64,000 bases of DNA from Amoeboaphelidium protococcarum X5. Lineage: Eukaryota > Fungi > Aphelidiomycota. Below, piece after piece: positions 13,994-28,061 of this stretch (positions are counted from its first letter, which is position 1; the number at the start of each line of letters is the position of its first letter). The stretch covers positions 90,615-154,614 of the forward strand of contig JALDTO010000098.1 in the NCBI GenBank assembly GCA_023515725.1, given 5' to 3'. The position numbers and the translations under genes were made by a program. Under the pieces are notes generated by a model. That model was not told the DNA's origin and did not search any database. It saw only the letters and a program-made list of their open reading frames with translations.

Positions 13994-16900
13994 TCAATAT
14001 TCAGTATATCCAGATAGTTGACTAAATTAAGTCGCGTAACCGTCACTCTCTGCATCATCACCATCGGCATATCCGAAATTGAGGTTGCCGCCACCAACCC
14101 TGGATGTGATATTATTATTATTGGTTGACGTGACTGTTGATTGTGATAAATTGACACCAGTACCTTAACTTAACATCAGTCCATCTTGAGACTAAAGCTA
14201 ACTGTTCATTGTGCTAAAAATGAACGAGTTATTGCCGCCGCCACCACCAATGCCAGCGCTATTAAGATTTAGAGACAAGTCCTGACTATTCGGCACGGAA
14301 TACTGACTGCCAATCGACATAATGTCTGCCTTCATACCATCAGTCGATGTTCCTGCAGTTAAATTGAAGTAATCTACGTATTACCGTTGTTGCTACTGCT
14401 ACTAACCATTCTCCTTTCCATCTCTCGATTACAATTCATTATTATTAGCCACAACCCTAGGTGCCGGTAGTTGAATAAAAGACTGTCGAAGATTACCAAG
14501 CGCCCCTTCCACCAAAACTTTCTACTACTTGAAGTGAGTTAACAATTAATGCCACATTGTATGACGGCCTAAGACACGCGGATTACCCAAAATTACCATA
14601 CCAAATTTAGCTCTAGTCAATGCCACATTTAGACGCCTGGGATCATTCAGAAAACCGATTCCTTGATGAGAGTTACTACGTACACAAGTCAATATAATAT
14701 AATCCTTCTCTCTTCCCTGAAAAGCATCAACTGAGGCCACCTCAATCTGCTCATACAAATCACGAGGCATATTACCGCTCATTTTCATGTACTGCACCAC
14801 AAATCCTCTCTAACCTTCATACGGCGTGATGACTCCAATCTAATGCGGCTTTACACCACATCTCAAGAACTTGGTGACAATCTTCTCGACATTCGCAGCT
14901 TCAGTTCTATTCAAGAACGATGTACCGGTCGATGCCGTCTCCTCCTGACCAATATTCACATGGAACATCATCGGAATCGCCTTATTAGGCCATGGAAAGT
15001 CAATATCCTTGCGGATTCTCTAATCTGCGGACACTCCATTCTACAGAGACCCCTCATAAAACAGATTGGATGGAAACTCACTCAAACAAGGATGCATTCG
15101 ATACTGCACCTGCAAACGTATAGGTCGAACACCTAGAAAAACCATTCTCTCAAACAGGGAACGGGTAAATCCAGCACGAGCCGCCTTCTTATTAATTACC
15201 ACCGGACCTAACTGCTAGTGATCTCCAACAAGAATCAACTACTTACATCCATTCACAATAGATACCAAAGCTTCTGGTTCCGTGGCCTATCCGGCTTCAT
15301 CAATCAACACCGTCTTGAACTTCAGATCCTTAAGACGAGGATCAGCAGCACCAATACATGTAGTACATACAACATCTGCCGCGGCCAGGAACATCCTTTC
15401 ATTTTTACGCACCAAACGCTTCAATGTCTCTTCATCTTTCCGAGTCAGTTCTCCCTGCTGCTCTTTCAACTTCCATAAACGATGTAGCTCAGTATCAGCT
15501 TCCAAGTTTCGCACCTGGCTGTGTAGAGTGAGAAACTCGACATTACTTTCAATATTCTCGCGATTACGCGCCGCCAAGCGTACAATCTTCAGACCGGTCT
15601 TGTGTATTTACTCAGCCATTTAATCTACGGCCACATTTGATGGGGCGCACACTAGAATCTGACCACCTCCTTCATTCTATTTCAAATTCTTGTTCAAGTG
15701 ATAGACTAGAGCAGCAGCAGTCATCGTCTTACCTGTACCGAATGGACCTTAAATGAGACATAACGGTCGCTGCATAGCACTTTTAATGGCAAATGCTTGT
15801 GAATGATTAAGATCTCCCAGACCGGGCACTGCGAGATTGCGCGGAATATTCACCTTCAAAGTCTGAGCCTAAACTTCATGGCCCAACAACCGATTGTACA
15901 AGTAAGGACTCACACAGCTGGCATCCACAGCAAACTTGCGCAACGCAGCCACTTGCCGGTCAAATGTGGCACTATTCCATACAATTTCAATGGAGAATAT
16001 AGTGCAGTTAATATTAACATCTGGCCTGCGACACTCAACTGAGATCTCATTCGTATGAGAATTGGGCAACTTTACAATATTTCCTACGGCAGACCATGCC
16101 CTGCACACACCGCCACTATACTTCAATCTAACTTCATCACCAAGAGTGAGACGCACCTCGCCTTCCAGATAGTTGGCAAGATAAAAGCTGGCAGTCCATT
16201 TCATGTTCAATCCCTATTCCCATCTGACAGTCACCTCATCCTGTGTTTATTGTTCTTTCACCGAGCGATCATACTCAGCCTCAAGCAGTACAAGGGGCGT
16301 GTAGACATTCTAGAATTGATATGCATCCTAATACTTCAATTAAACCGGAGCGATATCATCTTACACATCCACTCTATCCAAATCATCTACATCTGCATTC
16401 ACCTGGCCATCACGCCATAACTCTTCCAACTTATTCATCTAAGTAGCGGTTAATCTTCGCGATCTAGAAACATCCTACCCACTAGGTACACGTGCAAGCC
16501 AAGATAGAAAAGATCTATCATCAATCAGCGCCTACCATTAACTAAGATCCCATTCCATATCTTTAGAGGCGGAGATGGACGCGCATGGCTAACGACACAA
16601 TATTACCACCACAGTGTCCGCCTTTGCCGGTATAAATCCAAGTAGAAATACATTTTTACATCCGCACTTGTAACACTCTGGAACAATATCGCCCAATGCA
16701 GAATCAGGATGTAGGTGAACCTATTTATGACGCGACTTTACCAAATGATGAATAATGTGAGACGCGGATGTGCCAGTGCGAGCATTACAGAACCACTTAT
16801 TGCACACCATACACTTTACCACAGAATGCGGATCTGAAATATGACAATATGAGCAAGATGTTGCACTTGCTACCGCAGAATGTTGGTCAAAAGATTAAAA

Positions 16901-17002
16901 TGACACCTGATAATCGCGTTCAGATTCAGCATAGACACTATTCTATTTCAAGTCATCATCTACTATAGCGCTTAAATCATCATTAATTCTCAATGACTCC
17001 AT
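13994..17002 (-). CDS. UPF1: Nonsense-mediated decay helicase Upf1, 1002 aa
   Basis: CH domain [74 protein letters not shown]. Confidence 0.97.
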
Positions 17003-17589
17003 ACCGATTTTAAGTGATGGATCTGTATATGCAGTCATTTATCTAACAGTTTAAACGCCTGATATCCAATGACGTTAAGTTTAGTTAAATCTTCAAGGTG
17101 ATGGAGTCGCGATATAAATGTGGGTAAATAAAGAAGAAGAAGAATGAATTGAGACGATTCCGTCGGGTGACGCGCTGAGATTAACCAACCGGCGCGTTGA
17201 GACTTGTTGCTCAGTTCAATTTCCATATTAAACTACTGTACAGTGAAAATAAGGTTCACTATGCTGTAGAACGTAAGAGATGAGAGTCCTGAGTGCTGAT
17301 CGTTCAACAAGAATATAGAAAGATTCTTATTATTGAACTAGGCAAATCGGAATGTTTTCAAAGCAGAAATCAGCTAATTGGGCAACGTACATATTATAAA
17401 GTATACCTGTACCTTGAAAACCAAATTTAACAGCGAAAACCTCGTAAGACTCTTTGCTCTGCAAGAAGGCAAGTAAGTACTACGATCCGATTATTGAAAA
17501 GCCGGACCAGATACCAAGTACGAGCTCAAAAATAGAAGCCAGACTCTGAAGAGAGGATATCATATCAATTTAAGGCAAATGATTTAAGA

Positions 17590-18146
17590 TGCAATCCAGG
17601 ACGCGTATAATTAATGTTAAATATGAACTGTGGTAACTGAAGAAGGTTTTAGATCTTGCATGACAAGTTAAAAAAAAGGTTAAACATCTGCTGGCTGATC
17701 GTATTATTGTTCAATCAAGTCCTTCAATGATAAGGATTGCCTTATGTAAAGATCTGCTATCTAAACTGTCTGATGATATGAAGAAGTAAAGTGCTTACGT
17801 TTGTGGTTGATAGTAGGAACGGATTAGAAGATAAGTCAAGTGAAAATATTCGTTTTTGTGGGACGCGCCAAGTTGCTATCCTTTGCAGATCAAAGATTAG
17901 TAGCAGTGGCAAGAAGCATCTTTTGAGCTTAAAGACGAATGATAAAGAAGAGATGAGAAGAAGATTGCAGACAATGAGAATAACTATAGATGTTTTAAAT
18001 GTGGTAGAAGTGACCATTTGATAGTTGATTGCTCGTTTCCGGACTATGCGCTTTTACCCGTGTCACTAAGTAAAGTGGACACACTTGAGAAAGAGCGAGA
18101 GAGCTATTGCAGAATTAGAGTATACCACTCACAGTTCAAAGGCTGA
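17590..18146 (+). pseudogene. Decayed retrotransposon gag-like relic with a CCHC zinc knuckle; boundaries approximate
   Basis: CFKCGRSDHLIVDC at 17991-18032, preceded in frame by gag-like sequence broken by several TGA codons. Confidence 0.55.
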
Positions 18147-18415
18147 TACAACTGTGGACAACAACAATTAAGAATTCCGTGGTTTTTGGAATATTGTGCA
18201 TACAAGTTCAGAAATTATAAGTCTGCCGGGAGAATACTACTTTAATGCGTACTTTATCGTGATTTGATAGTTTTCGGAAGTGATGCGCTCAGACTTGTTT
18301 CAGTATTGAAAGTGTCGATCTGCATCCAAACAGTTTTAGTTCAGTTTCGTTTCAATCTTCAATTCCGTACTGACGTTTACCCTATGGAGAATTTGCAACA
18401 AAAAGTTTTACAATC

Positions 18416-18700
18416 ATGATTATACTTTTGGGAATAGTATCGTTTTATCTGTATTACACGGTGTGGCTTCTTATAATGGTAATTCCCTCTCTTAGTCCAG
18501 CCTTTAACTGAATCCTTCTTAGAATATCTTTAGTATGTATGTAGCCTCTAGTCGATGATGACCATCTTCTTCATTCATTGTTTCCGTCATAAGAATATGC
18601 GCTAATGATTCCTATAATACTCTTGATATTGGGCTCAACCGTGCTGCTAACCTTTATATCGTTGGTTATGATTAACTCGAAAGGCTGGAGAAAATAGTGA
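18416..18700 (+). CDS. DPM2: Dolichol-phosphate mannose synthase regulatory subunit (exons 18416-18478, 18545-18700)
   Basis: MIILLGIVSFYLYYTVWLLIM | PLVDDDHLLHSLFPSQEYALMIPIILL...FISLVMI matches the DPM2 YYTxW..P..D..H..H..F....YA..IP pattern; absent from the ORF track. Confidence 0.88.
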
Positions 18701-19381
18701 TCATTTGCTCCTCTGAAGATCTTGACAGCTAGGATACTACGGTATATTAGGGTAACTTTATTGATTGCTACTGCTACAATGGATGCCATTTCTGAAGCAC
18801 ATTAAAATATCAAGAATTATAAAGGACAAGTCTATCAGTATAAACTTTAAAACTATTCTGGTATTTCATTTTCTAGGTATATTTCATAAAGATTAATGGA
18901 AATCAGAGCTGAGGAAAATGATCCAGATTCAGCTGTAGTTTAATCAGGACTATCTTATAGTTTAAATTTGACGCGAGTCTCATTTCGGAACTACTTGTTT
19001 AAGAGATAGGTTATGAATTCATTTCACTTGACTAGCTATCTCTCTGCTACATTATTACCAGCAAATTCACTCTTGCGTTGTCGTATTGAAGATATATTGC
19101 AAATATCTAAGCTCTTAGTGTAAATTGCACTTTTACCGTTTAAGTTTCAGAATATTGTTTGATGCAAGCGGACTGTGTTTGTAGGATGTAAGCACTATAC
19201 GCGTAACACTGTAAAAATCAAAAGAACACTGAGCGAAACAGTTTAAATTTGATCAGAAACGCCAAAGAGATTTCAGCCAACGTCTAACGCGCGCGTGGAA
19301 GATGCCTTGTTTCAACTGCTCAACACAGCTATCTTCAGTGTCTCTACCGACAGCGTTATTAATACTGTCACACAAATCGTT

Positions 19382-22300
19382 ATGAAGTTTACCAAGTTGA
19401 AAGTATTGGAATTGTAATCTCCGGGTAGCTTTCTATGCTGTAATGCCAGCGATGAAAATAAAAAGATATCTCTTGAGTTATAAGGATAATGGTCTGCATC
19501 TGAACTGTAGGCTGGTGATACAATCAATGTCTCTGGCTCTATGAATGATAGTGAAACTCTATTTACCGTCTCTGATACCGCTGGCTACCTTGTTCTTAAT
19601 CCTGATCTTTTGGTTAGTGTCACCGTGCTTTCAGACGTCTTCTAATGCTAACGTCGCGCTGTGCTCAACTCCAAGATATCACAGTACTCAGTCTCATCTG
19701 TCACTTTATTCGGCACTATGCTACACGAGGTTATCTAATCTGCGTTATCTGAGATGAAATTTGATACATAGACTCTAAATCGTTTCATCGACTTGGTAAT
19801 ATCTGATCAGGAAGATATGATTCAAGTTATTGGTGATACTGCGGAAATGGCTCGGGAGAAGCTGAGATCGTACTTACCTGCTGTAAAGAATTTATATTCA
19901 TCTTATATTCAATAATAATAATAATAATAAAGAGGAAACTTATAGATTCAGAATGTCGCTGATATTGAAGAGAATATCTGGTCAGTCAACTTTGGTCTGA
20001 AAGGTAAAATTGACGCGACAGTCTCGTTACTGAATGGGAATAAACACGTCAATGCGGTGCCATTGGAGATTAAAAGTGGTCGCCGCAAGTCTACTCATAA
20101 TGCGTAAGTTCTGCTTTACTGTCTTATGCTGGGAGATCATTACGCCCAAGATGTCGCTCAAGGCTTGTTGTATTATGCCCAGAATCCTGGTGAGATGGTT
20201 GAGGTGTCAATGAAGCGACCAGAGATTATTGCAATCATTATGGCGCGTAATGAACTGTCCAGATATTTGGAATCTAAACCTGGTTCTGGTGCTACTGATC
20301 TGCCTCCTGTTAAATAGTCATCTCAATGCGATAGATGTTATGCCGTTAATATTTGCTCTCTGTATCACAGGGCTCGTAAAGAACAAGTATAGTTCCATAA
20401 TTTGAATCTGTACAATGAGAAGACTGCACATCTCAACGACAGGGATGTAAAGTTCTTCAACAAGTGGAGCAATCTAATTGATTTAGAGGAGGCAAGTCAG
20501 AAGTCTATGCGGAAGCAGATTTGGACCCAATATGTGGCTCAACGTGAAAGTAATGGCAGATGCCTATCTTCTCTACAGATTTAAAGCAATGCTGGACAAT
20601 TGTACACTTTCAAGTCATCAACTGGCCAGGCGCTCTATGCTAAGCTTATCGATGTTGGCGATCAAGTTGTTTTAAGTTCCATGAATGGACAGTATGGAAT
20701 AGCTCAAGGCGTTGTTACTGAAGTGACATCCCACTCGATCACAGCATTGTTAGACCGTGAATTTGATAAATTTAAACGCAAATCTGTGTCTGCTGTTAAA
20801 TAGAAGCTTGTATTTTAGGATCTGAGTCATTAGAGCAAAAGGTAAAAGATTGCTGGTGCATAATAAGTATTGTACCGTTTGGATCGTGAGGAAGTGGCAA
20901 TGGGTCAAGGTATTGCGAGATTCAATTTGGCCAACTTGTTTACTGTATCTGGTGATTTTTAAAGGAGGCAACTTATCATGGGTGAAAAAGAGCCATAATT
21001 CAGCAATGTTGTCTAATCAGTCTCTTGTAATTCCAAGTAGTTGCATTAAGTTGATGGGCTGTTTAAATCCTTATCTCTTAATGATGATCAATAATGCGCT
21101 CTGATGAAAGTTTTAACTGCACAGGACTATGCTCTTATTCTCGGTATGCCAGGCTGTGGAAAATCTACAACTATCGTGCATGCAATTGAGCTACTTCTCA
21201 CTCTTGGCAAAAGTATCCTTATCACCTCTTTTACCCATTCTGCCGTGGATAACATTTTAGTGAAGATGGCTGAGAAGAAGGTGGACTTTGTGCGTTTAGG
21301 TAGCGTTGATAAAGTTCATGTGGACGTTCAAAAGTACGTTACTACAAATTACAGTGCCGTTTAAAGTGCCCAACTTGTGGGAATGACTTGTCTATCCACC
21401 AACAGTCCGCTAATTCAAAACAGGACCTTTGACTATTGTATTGTTGATGAGGCTAGTCAGATTCCTCTTCCCGTGTGCCTTGGTCCACTCCGCTTTGCAT
21501 CCAAGTTCATTCTAGTTGGTGATCCAGATTAGTTGCCTCCAATAATTCAATCAGAAGACGCGCGTAAGGGCGGTATGGAGAAGAGTCTTTTCGAGTACCT
21601 GTACTTATAGCATCCACAGGCAGCATCTTCTCTAAAGATATAGTACCGAATGAATGAAGATATTATGTTCTTATGTAACAATCTGGTTTACAAGAATCAG
21701 TTGACTTGTGGCTCTCATCAGGTGGCCTCTCGTCAGTTACAGATTGACTATTCGCAAATGGATGAAAATACACCGAAGTGGTTACAGGCGGCTTTAGATC
21801 CACGCAGGGGAGTCATCTTCTTTGATATCGATCAGGTGCCTGGTAATTCAGATGAATTGGAGGGAGAGGGGACTGTGAATAAGTTAGAGTCCTCTATAAT
21901 ATCACATCTATGTCGTGAATTCACTGATAAAGGGGTCAGAGAATCTGACATTGGCGTTATATCTCCATTCAAATCTCAAGTTAAGTTGATAAAACGAGGT
22001 CTTTATACCGCTTATTCTCTTATTGAAGTATCTACGGTGGACAAGTATTAAGGACGCGATAAAGAATGTATAATAGTATCGTTTGTGAAGAGTAATCAAG
22101 ATCTCGCCGTGGGGGAACTATTGAAAGATGAACGTCGCTTGAATGTTGCTCTGACCAGGGCCATGTCGAAGCTCATTATAATTGGATCGAGAAGTACTCT
22201 GAGTTCATATAAGTTATTCCAGGACTTGTTTTAATTATTATCAGTTAAATAATGGGTATATCAGCTGGATGATAGCTGTTGTTATGATGTGGTTCCTATC

Positions 22301-22399
22301 GCTATGTCTCAATACTGCTTTGATGAAGACGATGTGGATGATGATCTGTACCATGCTGCTCTGGACAATATTGAAAACACTCTGCAAAATGTCAACTGA
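19382..22399 (+). CDS. DNA2: DNA replication helicase/nuclease Dna2, 1005 aa
   Basis: [79 protein letters not shown]. Confidence 0.95.
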
Positions 22400-22447
22400 T
22401 GAAATGAAATATTTTCAAATGTATTGAATAAATTCTCAACTTAGGTA

Positions 22448-24335
22448 TCAATTCATCTTCAGCTTTTACAAGTGCGAGCCCAATTATTTACTAGCAGCGA
22501 GAATCAAGCCCATAAAAGGTGCAGATGGACGCAAAGGACGACTCAGATACTCTGGATGAAACTAGACTCCGACATAGTACGGATGAGATGGCAGTTGCTC
22601 TTACTCACTCATACCGGTAGCAGCTGAAGCATCAGTATTAACTACATCATCAACTTAAAATTAGCTTCTCAACTCAAATATCTCCATACGACAACCAGTA
22701 TCATCGCGTCCCACAAAGTACATACCCTTCTATTCAAACTAATCAACCAGCTTTGGATTAACTTCGTACCGATGTCTATGACGCTCGTGAACTTCACTCA
22801 CACCGCCATAAAGCTTCTAAATAGTACTAGTCACACCACCACCACCATTAGCGGGATACGGCTTGAAATGAGTAGTTCTACTGCCCAGCCTCATTGTGCC
22901 ACCCATCTGATCTTTAGACACTTCAGGCATAAACACAACTACAGCATCGCTAGCAGTCTTATCTGCAGAGATAGGGGAAGCATCATCAGCACTCTTAGTC
23001 TGAGTAGAAGCAGCTGATACAGAAGGGAATTCTTCGCTATGAGCACCAGTTATTCCACAAACATTACGGGCAAACTCGATAACCGCCAGCTGAAGACCAA
23101 GGCAGATACCAAGGAATGGAATTCTATTCTCCCTGGCATACTTACACGCGATGATTTTACCCTCTGTGCCACGACCACCAAATCCACCAGGCACAATAAC
23201 ACCTTCACAACTGCAAAGTAGTTTCCATGCAGCATGATACTTCAATGGATCATCCAACTTCATCTGATCTTCCAAATCACTAGCCTCAATCCAATTCAGT
23301 ACCAACTTGCGGTCACAAGCCATCGCTGCGTGCTTCAGCGACTTGACAACTGATGTATAAGAATCCTACAAATGAGTATACTTACCCACCAGCACAATAT
23401 TCACCTCCTCGTACATGCGATCATACGCGGCAGTCAATTACTTCCAGCTGGCATAAAACCCATGATTTAGCTACTCATGGTCCAACTGCAGTCTCAATTT
23501 ACTACTCAACACCTCAACAAGACCTTGCTACTTCAATAGATGAGGAACATGCCATACACTCTCACAATCATGCACACCTATAACCTGGCCGGTACCAACA
23601 TGACAGAACATGGAAATCTTCTCCCGCACCATGGCCTCCAACTGACGTTCACTACGACATGCGATAACATCAGGCGACAGTCCAAGACCACGTAGATCTC
23701 GCACACTTGCCTGCGTAGGCTTAGATTTCTGCTCCTGAGAAGATCCAACCTGTGGCACCAGCGAGACCATAATAAGACAGAAATTCTCTGCACCGACTCT
23801 GAACTGAAATTAGCGCAAAGCTTCAATAAATGGCGCACTCTCAATATCGCCGACAGTACCTCCCAGCTCAACAATGCACACATCATATCCCTTACCGACA
23901 GTCTCAATCCAATTCTGAATCTCATCAGTGATGTGTGGCACAACCTGCACCGTCTTACCAAGGTAATCTCCGCGACGCTCCTTCTCAATCACATTGCGAT
24001 ACACTTTGCCAGTGGTGAGATTATTCTATGCCGTCAGCTGAACATCCAGGAATCGCTCATAATTTCCAAGATCCAAATCCACTTCGCTTCCGTCATCCAA
24101 CACGTACACTTCTCCATGATCGAAAGGGCTCATCAGGCCGGCATCGATGTTCAGGTACGGATCAATCTTCAAAGCCGTGACTTTGAGTCCAAAAGACTTT
24201 AACAAGAGTCCCGTAGAGGAAGCGATAACACCTTTACCTACACTATATATAAATATATATCTTTTAGCATTACGTTAAAATAGACTTACCAATGCCAGAT
24301 ATGACACCACCACACACGCAGATAAATTTGACCAT
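22448..24335 (-). CDS. URA7: CTP synthase (intron 24238-24289)
   Basis: [55 protein letters not shown]. Confidence 0.97.
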
Positions 24336-24933
24336 TTTGAAGGTTTTCAAGATGATGCTCGTTCGTGACAAAAAGATGAAATAATTTAAGCGACGATACA
24401 TCGGAAGGTGGAAACAGTTAACACGCGTTCAAATGGCTGAATCTGACGGAGTGAAGTAATATTTTGAGTTCCTGATTTATAAGAAAATAATGAATATAAC
24501 ATATCTAGCATAATGTTTAGTGTCTGATGAAACAAGTAGACAAAAGACCCATTTGTTATCCTACCTCTGACGCGCAGATTGCGTTCACAGAGGAATTTTA
24601 TAGTCGATTGGAGTGAGTTGAGCTTTTAAGTCCTAGTAGTTTCACTTCCTTCATTGCTTTTATCAACTTATTTTATTATATCCGAGTCTAGCCAGTGGTA
24701 TCATATTTATACCCAAATTCCCAGTCTAACAATACTACATATAGAGTAAATGTCGTCATTGTTAGTGTATTGAATGACTTTCGCGTTCTCGACAACAATA
24801 GATACCAGATCAGCGACCAGCCAATTACGAAAGAGCGTGTCATCGGCTCTCATTTACTCCTGCTCAAAACGAAAGAACAAAGAAATTAAAGAAGCACAAT
24901 AAACTGCTAAAAGAATAATACGAATATCACGCT

Positions 24934-27171
<2,238 letters not shown>

Positions 27172-27879
27172 TGTACAATACGCTGAGTGATTACATTATG
27201 GTGTTTACTCACTGCTTCTGCTACGATTGGGGTGAGGATTTATGATTGCTCATAGATTATCTTCTTCGCTAATGATTATATACTACTGTTAAAATTAAAT
27301 ACGATATCTAATATGATTTATTATTTCAACTTTTGAATTTTTATATAATTGTGCTGATCACCATCGTACGTTGCTGAAGATTGGCAAAGCTGTTGCAGAT
27401 CTCACCGCGTGATTGGCTGGTAACAAATTCCGACCTGTCATCATTAGGAACATTTTACAGAACTCTTTCAAGTGTACGCAGAGGATTTGAATGTCTTCAT
27501 CTTTCAAATTGTTGGATAATTTAACAATATAGATAGGTGTAACAGTAATATGATTGAATGTTCTTACAAGAAACTTGTGCAATTCATCAATGATAACGTG
27601 TCAATGTTGAATGTGTCAAAGCCTCGAGTTGCTGTCGTAGTTGAATAATCAAACCATTCTAGAGCTCCATTCGATAATAACGTACAGATAAATCGAGTAT
27701 CTACATGGGAGAAATATGTAAATCACGTTGATTTCTAGCATTAAGATGAGTCTTTAAAGTTTCTGTTTGACATATGCAAATATGAGCAAGAGTACAAGCG
27801 ATTTTAAGGACTTTTGTCCAAACATACGGCAGCTCAAGATGTAGGAGATGTTCCAGTAGACTTAATTAGTGATTAAGAT

Positions 27880-28050
27880 TGTTAAGAAATGATAAGTAAA
27901 ATAGATGATATAAAATTACTGTATTTCTTATCATGAAAAGATTCTCATACTTGACCTTATCTGAGTCCGTTTCACCTCTAACCTTAGTGTGGGGATATTG
28001 TGGCATGAGGCGCAGCGGCTCCATGTGGATGTTTGATCATAAATCTGACA
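27880..28050 (-). repeat. 3' LTR (171 bp)
   Basis: Identical to 32196-32366 by manual comparison. Confidence 0.97.
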
Positions 28051-28061
28051 CGCCGCCGTGA

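Noticed and set aside
18779-19162. 128-codon + strand ORF in code 6 between DPM2 and DNA2
   Set aside because: No recognisable motif, and with one stop codon an ORF of this length can easily arise by chance.
8135-22399. Functional cluster of helicases (SLH1, UPF1, DNA2)
   Set aside because: They are interleaved with unrelated genes, and there is no evidence beyond chance adjacency.
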